A DNA stretch of 48,747 bases, filler included, from Bipalium vagum (lineage: Eukaryota): assembly GCA_037834085.1 (NCBI GenBank). It is 2 parts of 2 records of this genome, joined end to end, with 100 filler letters (N's around TTAATTAATTAA, not from the genome) between each part and the next. Parts side by side here need not be neighbours in the genome. Positions count along the whole stretch, not along the records: positions 1 to 19,426 come from JBBMKC010003327.1; positions 19,527 to 48,747 come from JBBMKC010036449.1. One strand, 5' to 3'. The notes under the pieces were generated by a model, which searched no databases, had not been told where the DNA came from, and saw nothing but the letters and a program-made list of their open reading frames with translations. How positions within the stretch are numbered: the first letter of the stretch is position 1; every line of letters begins with the position of its first letter. Below, piece after piece: positions 14,101 through 26,200 of the stretch. The translations under genes were made by a program, and so were the position numbers.

Positions 14101-17100
14101 TTTCTGTGATTTTGAAATATTTTATCTGAAAACCGATATTTTTATATTTCACTTTGATTTACATTGATTTATAAAATATAATATAAAATTTTCCAATAAT
14201 CAGTTAGTTTCTTCAAAAACCATAAATCAAAAAGTATATTATAACAAATATATCAACGTATGATGTATTTTAGCTTATCAAACTTAAGTTTTTATGAATA
14301 AGTTTAATATAAAAGTAAAATATTTAGGTATTATCAGTTAAGATATATATAAAATTCTGATCGGTCAAAGAAGTGATTTTTCAGCTGAAAATCGTTATTA
14401 AACCTTTTATTTTCGTTTTATGGATTGTCTGAGCGGTGTTTTACTTATCCGAATATTTTATATTTACAAACACTGGCTTAAATGAAAATGAAGTCATATC
14501 TGGACAATTAATAATCAATTTTGTATTATCAACCAGATTGGAGATTTATTGGCATTTTCTATTAATTTTGGACAAAACGGATTGCATATATATCATGTAT
14601 ATTATTATATATTAATATTATTGTTTGCACCCTTTTCATGAACATATATTATAATATACAAAATAATAAACATCATATAACTTAAGAATAAAAACTTTCG
14701 AAAATAATTAATACTTGAAAGATTTTAAAGAATAAAAGATAAAAGTACCCTATATAAAGAAAAGATTAATAAAATAACTTTTTAAAAATAAATAAATAAA
14801 AATAATAATTAAAAAAGTTTAAATAATACAGTAAAAAATATAATATTGAAAGCTTGTCAAATTAAGGTTAAAGTATAAATAAGAATCTAATTACAAATTT
14901 TAAACAAAAAATATCATACAAGCCTCTAATAATTTACAAACACATGAGAAATTAAATTATTCTTATTAATAATCTTTTCAAAGAGTATTTTCCTTCTTTT
15001 ATAAACATAAATTTATTGATTAAAAATATACCCATAAACTGGTTCTTCGTTCGTTCCTTTTAACGTGTAAGTATCAAATTTCAGTATTGAATTTGAAGGC
15101 AACATCAAATTTGTTTTAGCTGTTAACTCAATGACGCGACCCTTTTCCACGTAGAGTACGGCATAATTATGATTTGGTAAATGCGTTACCTGTAGATACA
15201 TAAAAATGAGAGAGTACTTTTATTTAATTAATACATGAATCAAGAAATGTTACAATTTTTATAAATTGTTTTAATTTTTGATTGAATAGGACCTCAATAT
15301 TAAAATGTTGTGGTGATTGAATGATGTCTATAGAATGATATCTCTAGTCTTTACCACGAAATATACATGATTTGCATGAAATAAGTATACCATTTTAGCA
15401 AAATAAATATCTTATTTAAATAATTCAATTTACGTTTTTCTAAGAAACATAATTTCCGAAAATTAATGTAAGTTTTTAATTGTTTTAATAAGTTGATTTG
15501 ATCGAATTTAATTTCAGTAAATTCAAATTTTAATAATATTCTCCAATAAAGAATGAGTGCAATTTTTTTTATTGATAGATAAATGGAATCTGTCATATTA
15601 GCCAGGCGGCATTTAGAACACTTGAAATGGAAAAGATACATAAATAAGACTGGGAGAGCACAATGAGGAAGATATTTGAAAAATTCAAAGAGACTGAGAG
15701 TGTTTGCGATTGCTGTTAGTCTGGAAGACCATCAATTGAAGATACAAAAATAGGCGAAATAAGTCAGGTTTATGAAGAAACACCTGAGACTTAACTTCTG
15801 ATAATGAAGTTTGATGTAATTTCAAAACCTGATTTTCACTGTTGATGGAACCTTTTTATTAAATGGATATGTCAAATTTGGGTCATTAAACCTCCTAGAG
15901 AAATTATACCACATTCTTTTTTTGTGTTTCTTTTTGGTGTTAGTCAGTTTTTTTTTCTTGCAATGAAGTTCATAAAATAAAACATATTTTCGTCACCAAT
16001 AGTAATTTGTTATAGGAAACGCTCTATTTTATCTAACAAGCTAAATTTCACCTCTGGGGTCTTGTCTCTCGGTTTTTGTTTATAAGGAACCTATCTCTCT
16101 TTCTTGGTCTTATATTTATTTATCAAAGCATATTGTAAGAAATATCAGAGAATCACTTACTGAATATTTTTGAGATATCCTTAAAATATAATTTTTGTTT
16201 ATTTATTTATTTTTGATTCTATGAATATATTTGGTTGGCAACTAAGTAATTGCATATTTTTGTAATTCAAATGAAAAATATAAATCATAAATTCAAAGTT
16301 TTATTGAATAAAATATTGTCCATTTACGTCGACGACCTTCTGCCATCTTTCAGGAAGCATCATAACTCTTTTTTGCGTTGCATTTTTCCCTTTCATAAAG
16401 TTGAAAAGCAAAATGTAACAAAAATGAATATTTTTGTCTTCACTCAGTTTAAATATTTGAGAAAAAATGCCTTTAAAATGATTGACTTAAACAATGCTTT
16501 ATTAATTATATATCATTAATGTAAAAAAGATAGACTATAAAGTTGTTTTTTTAAAAAGTAAATTTGACCCAAAATCGTTATAAAAAAGTACACAATTCCT
16601 TAGTTGTCAGCCCAATAAATTTTAATAAAAACGAGGGAAACCCGAGAAAATAATACTTACTTTAATGATGTAAAATAAAATTATATTTCGAATCAAAGTA
16701 ATTTAATTATTTTAAACAAATCAATGATAACTGAAAAATTATTATCATAATTTTCATTATTTTCATTATTCAAATTAAAATGTAATAATAAATAATATTA
16801 CATTATTTGTTTCTTTAACTAAATACAAACATAACTGGCAATAATAAATGAACCGGAAGAATATTATTATGTCATGATGCAAAATTATATATATGTAATA
16901 ATATTTAATAGAAATAGAATTTCTTTCAATAATTTTACTATAAAATAAAATTGGAATTGGAATTAATTACCGTGACTGCTTTGGATGGTCTGTCAGCACC
17001 TTTGTAGAAAAATGAATTAGGTGTAGCAAATCCGACATTTAGCCTATTTGAGTGACAAAATGAATGGTAATAATTTAAACAAAAAATCATTAATAATGAA

Positions 17101-19273
17101 TTCACATTTGATTCCATAATTTAATCCTTTTTTATTTATTGATTAACATTGTCCATTGATTAGCAGACATGATGAAATGAATATTTTTACACAAAAGTAT
17201 TTTTAATATTTTAAAATATTTAATAATAATTTTTTTTTATTTTTGTGGTTCAGTTTAATCTAAGGAAATTACATGTAGAAAACGTTGAAAAATGATTGAA
17301 AGATAAATTATTATTTTTTAATTTGGGATGTAACCTAATATGAATTTATAAGGAACAATAAATTCAATTAATAAATTTAAAATATTTATTCAAAGGAATT
17401 TCCGAACTGAATGATGTATTATTATGAAAAACAATTTGTATCAATTTAAACCGCTCTCTATCCCAATGAATTTGGAACATTATTAATATTAAAACAACTC
17501 TTGATGTTCATACATTATTCCTGTCTGAATATTCAATATTATATTGGAAAACAATATATATTTTGTAATATGGTGTTCGAAGTTTTTAAACGTATCTCAA
17601 ACATCTTCCTGGAAATGTATATAAGGACATCAAATTAGATTTTTAATAAATAATTTCATAAAAATAAGAGAAACTTAAAAGCTTTCAATAGTTGGCAAAT
17701 TATTTATCATACAATAATATATTGAGATCTTGTGAAAACTGTTGTCTGGTTTTCATTATCATAGTTCTCATTAATACACATTTTCCTGGAAAACACATTT
17801 TTAAAAAATAAAATACATATATTACTTGTCTTCATTATTATATTAAACTTTTGCCATTTGAAGGGTGGTGTATTAATTCCTCTACAAAACACTAGTGGTT
17901 TCCTGTTGATACATGTATCAATTGTAGCCTTTATTTAACTTTCGTTGACAAAGGTGTTACCAAGAAAGACGACATCAAAGAAGAAAATAAATAATAGTCA
18001 CATACAACAAGGAGGATGAAGTAAGACTGTATCATTCATTACATGAAGTTTAATCATTTTCCAAGAAATACGAGTATGATGTTGTAATGAAGAGGTTCTT
18101 GTCATCAATTTCATCAAGATATTTTCTACCTTTTGAAGCTAGATGAGTTTCAGATTGACACATTATTAAATAGCATTATAAATTTCCTTTACTAAACAAG
18201 TGACATACAAATTCTTTCGAATCTTCGAAAAATACCAATAGATTATGACACTTTTCATGGAATTTTAAAAAATCAATTCCAAACAGATCTTTTATTTAAG
18301 AAAATATCCCGTATACTTTACCCACTGTAATCAGTGTATTAAATATTACTAATTTCATATTTAAATGAGGAAATAATAAGTTTTAATCTGTAGTTGGTTG
18401 CTTATTAAGTGGTTCAAGTGAATGTTAAGCTGTTAACTGTCAAGAACAATGATTATTATTGAATCGTCACAAATTTTACATTATTCAACTTTTACGTTAA
18501 ACGTTTTGAGTGTAGAGAAACAAAACTAAATTGCTTGATTTATTAGATTCTTTCATTCAAAAGGTTTTGCGTGAAGCATTCATTTAAACAAAATTAAAAT
18601 TAAACATTTTTTGTAATCACAATTTATCTAAAATTGATATAAAAATATTCTTTTAGTCAATACTTCTACGATCAATAATTCGTATTTTATTGTAGCAAAC
18701 AAGTTAAAACGTATTATGGTTTTACTGCTCATCTATGAAAAATTAAACGCTTTGTATCTTTACTTTTTGATTCACCCACGTATGTTCGGTTACCATTTAT
18801 TTTATAAATTGCGCAATAAATTTTAAGAGCAATAATTATAAGAATTAAGTACTAATTTTAGTTATCATTGATAAAGGCCTGATATAACAATAATGTACTA
18901 GTATTAATATATCAATATTAACAAGGAATGTACATTCATTTCACAATACAATTTACAATGATAATTACCACGATTCACTGTGTTGATAAATGCTTTGTTC
19001 ACAATTGACATTTTCAGTTCTGTTAAAACAATGTTATAATTAAAAATTCAAACAAAATACCTTTTATTAGTTGGACATAAATGCTGCACCATATCAGGGG
19101 TGGAAATTGAAGAATTAGAAGGCAATGAACGCTGGATTCCTGAGTCCTCTTCATCAATTCTATTTAAATCCTTAATTACAATATATTAGATAGAACAACC
19201 ATTCCATTTAACTTTATGGTACATTTGGTAAATTAATTTTATAATCACAGATTAAGCAGATGATGTCTGCCAT
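8166..19273 (-). CDS. Divergent p53-family transcription factor, long model about 355 aa. Exons: 19273-19223, 19170-19061, 19019-18969, 17785-17713, 17524-17514, 17043-16971, 15189-15032, 13757-13521, 12403-12264, 10057-9975, 8246-8166
   Basis: All junctions are GT-AG and phase-compatible with no internal stops. Translation aligns by eye with p53: LNVGF~FRLGF; SKAVT|VT~AKSVTCT; FIQAVEDKMNSVFYIKSEDSFISMLIPF~[49 protein letters not shown]~DSS|[20 protein letters not shown]; basic PLKREKLK; QYVIM|TENYEIWKILNIVHQQL~YFTLQ|IRGRERFEMFRELNEAL. The six 3' exons are the most secure; the five 5' exons are less certain. Confidence 0.72.
8975..9834 (-). mobile_element. Internally deleted maT/DD37D-like transposon in the last p53 intron
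   Basis: Imperfect TIRs (caggtcgtcgagataaatccggaa / ttccggatttaacttgacaaccctt) flanked by TA. Remnants SPHCNHFDYYLLEVVESQTN and YVVQ*DSA resemble SPDCNPLDYY and FQQDSAP. Confidence 0.75.
11200..11570 (+). mobile_element. Mariner transposase N-terminal remnant
   Basis: EKINCIHDIVIDKKRLTLCEISLAM..SGNVFH and a frameshifted LRKR*VRWV resemble the mariner HTH2 and WVP motifs. Confidence 0.55.
12956..13162 (+). mobile_element. About 200-bp MITE-like deletion derivative of a Tc1/mariner (rosa-like) element
   Basis: Perfect 18-bp inverted repeat gtttcataagtaactgac (12956-12973) / gtcagttacttatgaaac (13137-13154), ending accctgTA. Retains a transposase start MKNYTIKERVTIV. Confidence 0.75.
15590..15960 (+). 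mobile_element. Heavily decayed Tc1/mariner (rosa-like) fragment
   Basis: Fragments MERY.., KFKETESV.D..SGRPS and a CRIWGSENP-like CQIWV.KPP. Confidence 0.4.
17148..17170 (-). CDS. Candidate alternative first exon (MSANQWT-M) of the p53-like gene, giving a 264-aa deltaN-like isoform
   Basis: ATG at 17170 and a 23-nt exon ending in phase 2 at a gttaat donor. It fits the phase-2 acceptor at 17043, and no AG acceptor lies just upstream. Confidence 0.45.
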
Positions 19274-19426
19274 AATTTGAATAGAATTTTTCCAATAGTT
19301 AATATTTTAAAAGATTATAAAAAATCTATTACAAAAATTTGAGCATTTTTTCAATATTTTATTTCGAATAATATATAACATTATACTAATTTAAATATAA
19401 AATATAAAATTATATTTATATTTGGA

Positions 19427-19526
19427 NNNNNNNNNNNNNNNNNNNNNNNNNNNNNNNNNNNNNNNNNNNNTTAATTAATTAANNNNNNNNNNNNNNNNNN
19501 NNNNNNNNNNNNNNNNNNNNNNNNNN
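19427..19526. other. 100-nt assembly gap: 44 N + TTAATTAATTAA + 44 N (artificial six-frame-stop linker)
   Basis: Symmetric N padding around a palindromic 12-mer that has stops in all six frames. Confidence 0.9.
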
Positions 19527-19840
19527 GAAAAGCAATTGATTGAGTGTCCAGGGATTCTTTAACCGTCTCAACAAAAGCTTCGATTTTGCTACTCTTCTTT
19601 GCCTGATAGCATTCGTCAGGAATTGGCCCTTTCTTAAAACATAGGACTTGTATCTAATGTCCTCATCTACTATCCGTTTGATCGTCTTGTCAAATACTTG
19701 CAACTCCCTGGCGATACTTCTCATTGACCGACCAGGATCATTATCGATGATAGCTTGCACTTTTGCTATGACATCACTCCCCAATCGGTCTGACCTTCTC
19801 TTATGTAATGCTCTATCAGGAGTAATATGCTTGATTCCTA
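19527..19840 (-). mobile_element. maT/DD37D-like transposase N-terminal part, running into the gap
   Basis: TPDRALHKRRSDR..., DPGRSMRSIARELQV..TIKRIV.EDIRYKSYVLRKGQFLT..IRQRRV.KSK.LL.RLK. Confidence 0.8.
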
Positions 19841-20207
19841 TTTAGGATTAATAGGAATTCCATGTTGTGGAAAATAGAGATATGGAAAATATCATTTTGG
19901 CTTGCAATAAAATTACTATATTATTGTATTAGTTTCTATTTGTTTTGACTTATTGAGTAAAATTATAGTTATCGAAGGAAATTATTGTGTAACTCTCTAA
20001 AACCGGTTATAAGAGAAACCCGGGTGTAAGAAAAAAAACTGCATTCTCTTAAATCCAGGTTTTACTGGATATAAATCTAAAATGGTTTTTTTATTGTGAC
20101 ACGATAATGCATTTTCAATACATTCACTACATTTTATTGACTGCTGATAAATTATTTATTTTATTAATAAATAAAATATTTACTATTTATCACGACAATT
20201 TTTTCAG

Positions 20208-23200
20208 ACTACACTTCGAGTGACTTGAGGTCAATATATAACAAAGTACCTATTGTCTTACTGAATGTAGAGCTGGATTACATAAGCTTCGTCATTTGTG
20301 AAAAGCAATTGGAAAACTGTAATTACATTTCTACCGACCATATGAAAGTATTGGCAGGTTATAATATGGTAATCATATAGTTAAAATTTTTTAAATTTTG
20401 CTTAAATTAATTTTAAGAATACTATTTATATTTTTGATATATTTCATATTTTAGAAGCTTTTTTCAAAAATCCTTATTTTTGATTTTATTTTTTTAATTA
20501 TTTAAATTTTTTGAAGCTATTGTTATTATCATAATAATAATTAATTTTTTAATATATATGTCATATGATTGTACATCTCAATTACATTTTAGATAAATAT
20601 AAATATTAATTTTTATTTTGAAATCATTTAATTATTTATTAACAAATCAAATTTGCAATCTTAAAATATTTTATTTTTCAAGGAAGCAAAATATTTAGTC
20701 TTTTAATTTTATTTGTTTAAAAGTAGATTTATTATAAATTTTTATTAATAATTTTATTTTTCAATGATCCAGAAATTTACATTTTTAAAATGAAAGCAGT
20801 CAAATTTGTTTACGAGATCCACATCTTGTTATTTTATTTCGTATTGGAAACATTTCCGTAAATGGATTTATAACATTATTTTTCTTAATTTATAGGTTGG
20901 GTGAAAAATATTTAGCCTATCACATTAATAATGATATTATTATTTGAAAATAAATTAATAAAATAGTCTATCTTTTAAATGTGACTTAAATTTTTAAAAA
21001 TCTATAAAATGAATGTTTAAATGTATGTTAACCTTACACTTAGAATGCAACATTTGAATAATACATCCTCCATTCCAAAAAAAACCGAACTTTAAAAAAA
21101 ATAGTACTACAAGTGCCATTTATTTTAACATTATGCCCATAGATAACGTAGTCATTCATTGACAACCGATAAAAATTTCATGACATTAGGATATAAACAA
21201 CGTGAGTGATTGCTACGTTTTTGTTAGTCTGTTTAATACTTCGGTTAGAAAATGAATTTCAAACAAAGAGCTGCAATTGACTTCTGTGTTAAACTTGGTA
21301 AATCTTTTACCGAAACATATCAAATGCTACAATCTGCGTATGGTGATGAATGTCTATCTCGTACGTAAGTATACGGGTGGTTCAAGCGATTCGAATTGGG
21401 TAGGAAGACCATGAATGACGACGAAAGACCAAGCCGTCCAGAAACTGGATTATCGGAAGAGAACATTGAAAAACTGCGTGAATTTATCAAAAATAATAAA
21501 AAAAATCATCAGTGAAATTGATTGAAATGGAATTAGGCATTCCTCAAACAACCACATACCGCATTTTGACCGAGGTATTTTGTTTTTCTAAGGTTAATTC
21601 GCGGTTTGTTTCTCACAAACTCACCGAAGACTAAAAAATGGCTCGAATTGATCATAGCAAAGACATTATTACAAGTGCTCGGAAGGACCCAAACTTCTTG
21701 AAAACGATTGTTACCGTTGACGAGACGTGATGTTTTAGGTATGAACCCGAAACAAAGCGGCAGAGTGCTGAATGGAGATCGCTGGATGAGGGAAAACCGA
21801 AAAGATCTCGTTTGGAAAAATCAAAAGTGAAGGTTATGCTGATTTGCTTTTACGATTCCAAAGGAATTATCCACAAACAGTTTGCTTAACCCGGCCAAAC
21901 AATCATAGGAGACTTTTACTTAGATGTCATGAAGTGGTTGCTTATATCGGTTGCTTAATATCGAGAATACGGCAGTTGGAATCTTTTTCAGGATAATGCA
22001 CTATCACATCGTTCAAGAGTTGTGAATGAATTTTTGGTCAAAAATCAGATTATTGCTTTACAACATTCACACTATTCACCTGATCTCGCTCCGTGCGACT
22101 ACTATCTGTTCCCCAAGCTTCATTTGACGATCAAAGAAAAGCTTCACGAGTCGGTTGAGGCCATCAAAAGTACAGTGATCGATGTCCTAAAGACCATTAC
22201 CAAAAAAGACATAGAGAAGTCGTTTGACAACTTGTTAGTGCGCTCAAATTTGTGTATCGATGCATGATATTGATTAATAAAAATTATTTTTTTCAAAATA
22301 AATATTGGTTGCCTTTTTGTTAAAGTTCGGTTATTTTTGAAAATGAGGGTGTATGTCACAATGAAAAATTTGACCCCTGAATTCAAATGTGTTCGTAAAT
22401 AATGGAGCATTATCTACGTATTGCTCGTGTCAAAATTGAACCAACAACCACTATTATTGAAGAGATCCGTGATATTGTTACACAAAAGGAAACTTGAAAG
22501 AACGTGCCATATCTTGGTACATGAGTTTTATAAGAAAATTAAACAGTACTACTATAATAATGTTCCTAAATAATTCAACAAAAACGCATTAGAGAAGAAT
22601 GTTTTGAGGTGTTTGAAACGTTTTATTCAGGATAAAAGTGATTACAAGCAACGTTTTATAAATATTGGTGAAATATTGACATATCATCATTATAATTAAA
22701 ACTGAAACTGTTACAGTCAATGAAAGTTGAATATTTTACCTCAAAGGGTTTAAGGGCGAACGATCAGTGGGAAGGGCTATGACAGCCGTCTTCTGAGATG
22801 CAAAAGGTATAAAATATTTAAGATAAATTACCTTAAAAAGATAAAATCAATGTTGGATCAATATAATGAAAATATTCGTATAAGAGGACCTGTGTTGAAA
22901 AAGATAAGAATCATTTTTAATCAAGACAACTCACCAGATCACAAAGGTGTATTGACAATATCAAAGCTAAACAAACTAAATTAGGAATCGATTAAGCATC
23001 CACGATATTCTCCAGATTTTTCCTCTCAACCACTCTAATCCTTCTGAAACCTTAAGCAATCCATTTGTGGAAGATATTTTTTATAATGAAGTTATAGTAA
23101 TTGGAGAACTTAACTTTAGTGATCCTTAGAGAAATGCGCCTTGATTTAAATTTATGGAGATGCATTGGAAGAAGTGTATTTTGTAGTCAAGAAATTATAC

Positions 23201-26200
23201 TCAATTTTTTGTTCTTTGTGCATTTTCAAATTCTGCCATTTCTAGAGTAAAAGGTTTTCATGCAATATACATTTTTGGCTTCTTAAGGGAAATGGATAGT
23301 TTCAATATATCTTATGTGAAGATTTAATGATATCAAATTGGTAATATCTCTTAAACGGTTTCCGAATTTTAGAAGGAAAACACGAAAAATAAAGAGATTC
23401 AATAACAATAATATTAGTTTCACTTTTATTTTTTATTTTCATTCATTTTCTTTCAGTATAAAGCCAGGTCAATCTTCAATACCTATTACACAGAAATAAT
23501 TATAAAATAATATATAATAATTTTGCAAATCTTTTAGTCTGAATATTCTGCTTGTAACGGCACAAATGGATGGGAGTCTTGTCTGACAATTGTGAATCTT
23601 ACTGATGAATTTTATGATGCCGACAGCAAAGCTGAAATTTTAGGAAATAAAATTATGATTGTTCCTTCCATGGTGAAACCAGTATGGGTGTCCAAATGTC
23701 GTAATGGTGGAATTCTTGAAAAAGATGCTGAAACAAACCAAATGATGTTAATTGTTTAAATTTTTGAAAAACTTTCTTATCAATTATATAGATGCAAATG
23801 TCCCAATACTTTAGCTTTCATTGAAAGGGGTCCTAACTGTGAAGCATTGCAACTGGCCATATCAACAGAGCGTCGTTTTTACTGTCTTCCTAACACTGAT
23901 CGTTTGAAAATTGAATTTTTTTTACATTCATCAGCATATGTGGGAAAAACTGAATTAATTCGCATAGAAAAAAATAATAAAACATTATTGAAATATGAAA
24001 TAACTGACAGACACCATGAATTTTTTTATTTCAACCAAACCATTCATATTGATTATGTACCAGATGATGACCATATACCTTTAGAAATCTCAATTGAACT
24101 TTCAAAATACGTAAGATTTATATATTTGTTAAATGTTATAGTCTTATGAAGGTTACTGCTCTATAAAATTTGAAATGAACTACATTTAATAGATTTTTAA
24201 AATTTTTGAATAACGTGGGGCTTGGAAAGCTTGAGGAATCGGGTAACTTAGGTGATATTTGGTCTTTATAAACTCGACTATAAATCATTTGATCTAAATC
24301 TAAATTAATGAATTTTTTTGGCAAGCATTTGAAATTTAAAAATAAAACACTGAAACTTTCACTGGAAAATTATCGTTTGATAATTTACTGTGATTTTAAA
24401 TGTGACCTGACTCAAAATTAATGTCTAAGTGGACTTTGTCTTTCGGAATGGAGCACCATCAAAGAGTTGCATTTATAAATGGATTGTAGAATTCAATGGT
24501 AGACACTCAAGCCTGGAGCACGAATTTCTTGAAAATTGTCGGTCAACGTCCGTTTCTGTCACATACCAGAATATATTAACGAAGAGCTTGAAATGATTTA
24601 AAGTAATCGACACATAACATGTGGAGTCAAAAGTTTTAGCCTTAAAGCAATTGAATTCATTTTGCTCAGCTCTCTAAAAATACGGAACTGCTGGATTATA
24701 TTTCGATGATTAATGTGATGTATTAAAAAGATTTTGAAAATAAAGTATTTGCTTAAAAACATGAATAAATTTTGATCCAACCTGATACTAAGTGATTGAG
24801 ACAACCGTAAGCACTAGCTTTATAGCAATTGAAGCCATTTTGCTCGACACTCCAAAGATACAGAAGTTTTGATTTTTTTGGAGTTCACACACTTTGATAT
24901 CTGAAAAAGAATATTGTTCTAAAAGCTGTCATAATGATAGAGATCGTTCAAACTTAATTTACAACATTGTCACTGGTGATAAAACGTTGATTTATTCATA
25001 CGATCATGAAGGAAAGCAACAAACCACTGTTTGAGTGTTTAAAGATGAGTCACAATCAACAAAAGTTATTTGGTCTCGTGATTCAAATAAAATGATTGAC
25101 TGTTTCTTTAGTTTAAAATAAAATGTTGCAACCAAAATTTTTAGAGAACTGTCAATGTTGAATGGTTTATAACATTTTAATTAAGATATAACACGCAACC
25201 GCAAGCATTTAACTGCCTCAAACTTGCCTTCTAAGAGATAAATTTTGAGGTTCTTATACGTTCTGTATATTCTTCGGATTTATCTCCAACGCAGTTTCAT
25301 TTTTTCCGCTCGATTTGCAATCAAATTTTGAGCCTTACAATGCATAATTAGGAGGACCTTAAAAAGTGTCAGAACAATTTTTGACAAATGGTTGCAGGTC
25401 GTTACTAATACCGGAGATAATGTCACTGACTAATATGTTACTATTATCTTAGAATGAATTTTGTTTACAAGTAGTGCTTTCTGCTTATAAATGAACATTA
25501 AAAAATCACTGGAATTTATGTTACAAACTAATATCAAAGTATTATCTAGTTTTACGGCTGATAATAACTTTTAAAAAAATATTATTATTAAAATTATTTA
25601 TTAACGTTAAGTATATTAAGAGGTTCATGTTACTAAAGAGTAACAAAAGCAATTTTTTAGATAAGATTAAATTATAATATTATAATAAATCAAAATCTGT
25701 GATGCGATTATTGTAGACCAATTTGTCGAGGTCTGCAAAATAGCCAGCCACAGAGGCAATTTAACCTCACTATTTGACGCAAATCTTTTTCAAGCAAGAA
25801 ATTTCTTTAGGTTCCTGAACAGAAAAAATCTAACGGGGCCAGATCTGAAGAAATTGGTGAATGTGCAACTAATTTAAAGTGCAAATTTTAAATATTTTCC
25901 ATTGAAAATTTTAATGTGTGAGAGTGTGAAAAAAACGTTTCTGGAACAGTTTATCAAGTAGATTTGTAAAATATAAACCAGTTATCGTTTTATCTTTTCA
26001 AGGCAGTCCATGAATATAATAACTCGTAATTCATGGAATAAAACCAAAAATATTTAACAAATACTGATATATAATGAAATAATAATTTTTATTATAATAA
26101 TACATTTATTTCCTTTTTACGTGTTTTAATTATAGATAGCAATTTTTAGAATAAACGAAAAACAGGATAATCGACTTTTTAACGTCGAAACGCTGTTATT

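Noticed and set aside
13800-14115. Possible extra p53 exons (e.g. LDKINFCDEC as a substitute Zn motif)
   Set aside because: Splice phases create a stop at the 13757 acceptor, and the model is complete without them.
15013-17170. Stand-alone 90-aa orphan gene ending at the stop at 15013
   Set aside because: A phase-2 donor at 15032 joins the next exon, and the sequence matches the N-terminal half of the p53 DBD. The stop would be used only on intron retention.
17826-17882. Exon GINTPPFKWQKF, which would create a junction TGA (recoding?)
   Set aside because: Skipping it gives TGG and a better frame, so recoding is not needed.
19061-19170. Beta-catenin N-terminus (DSGI) next to a cadherin
   Set aside because: No armadillo repeats follow; the downstream exons are p53-like.
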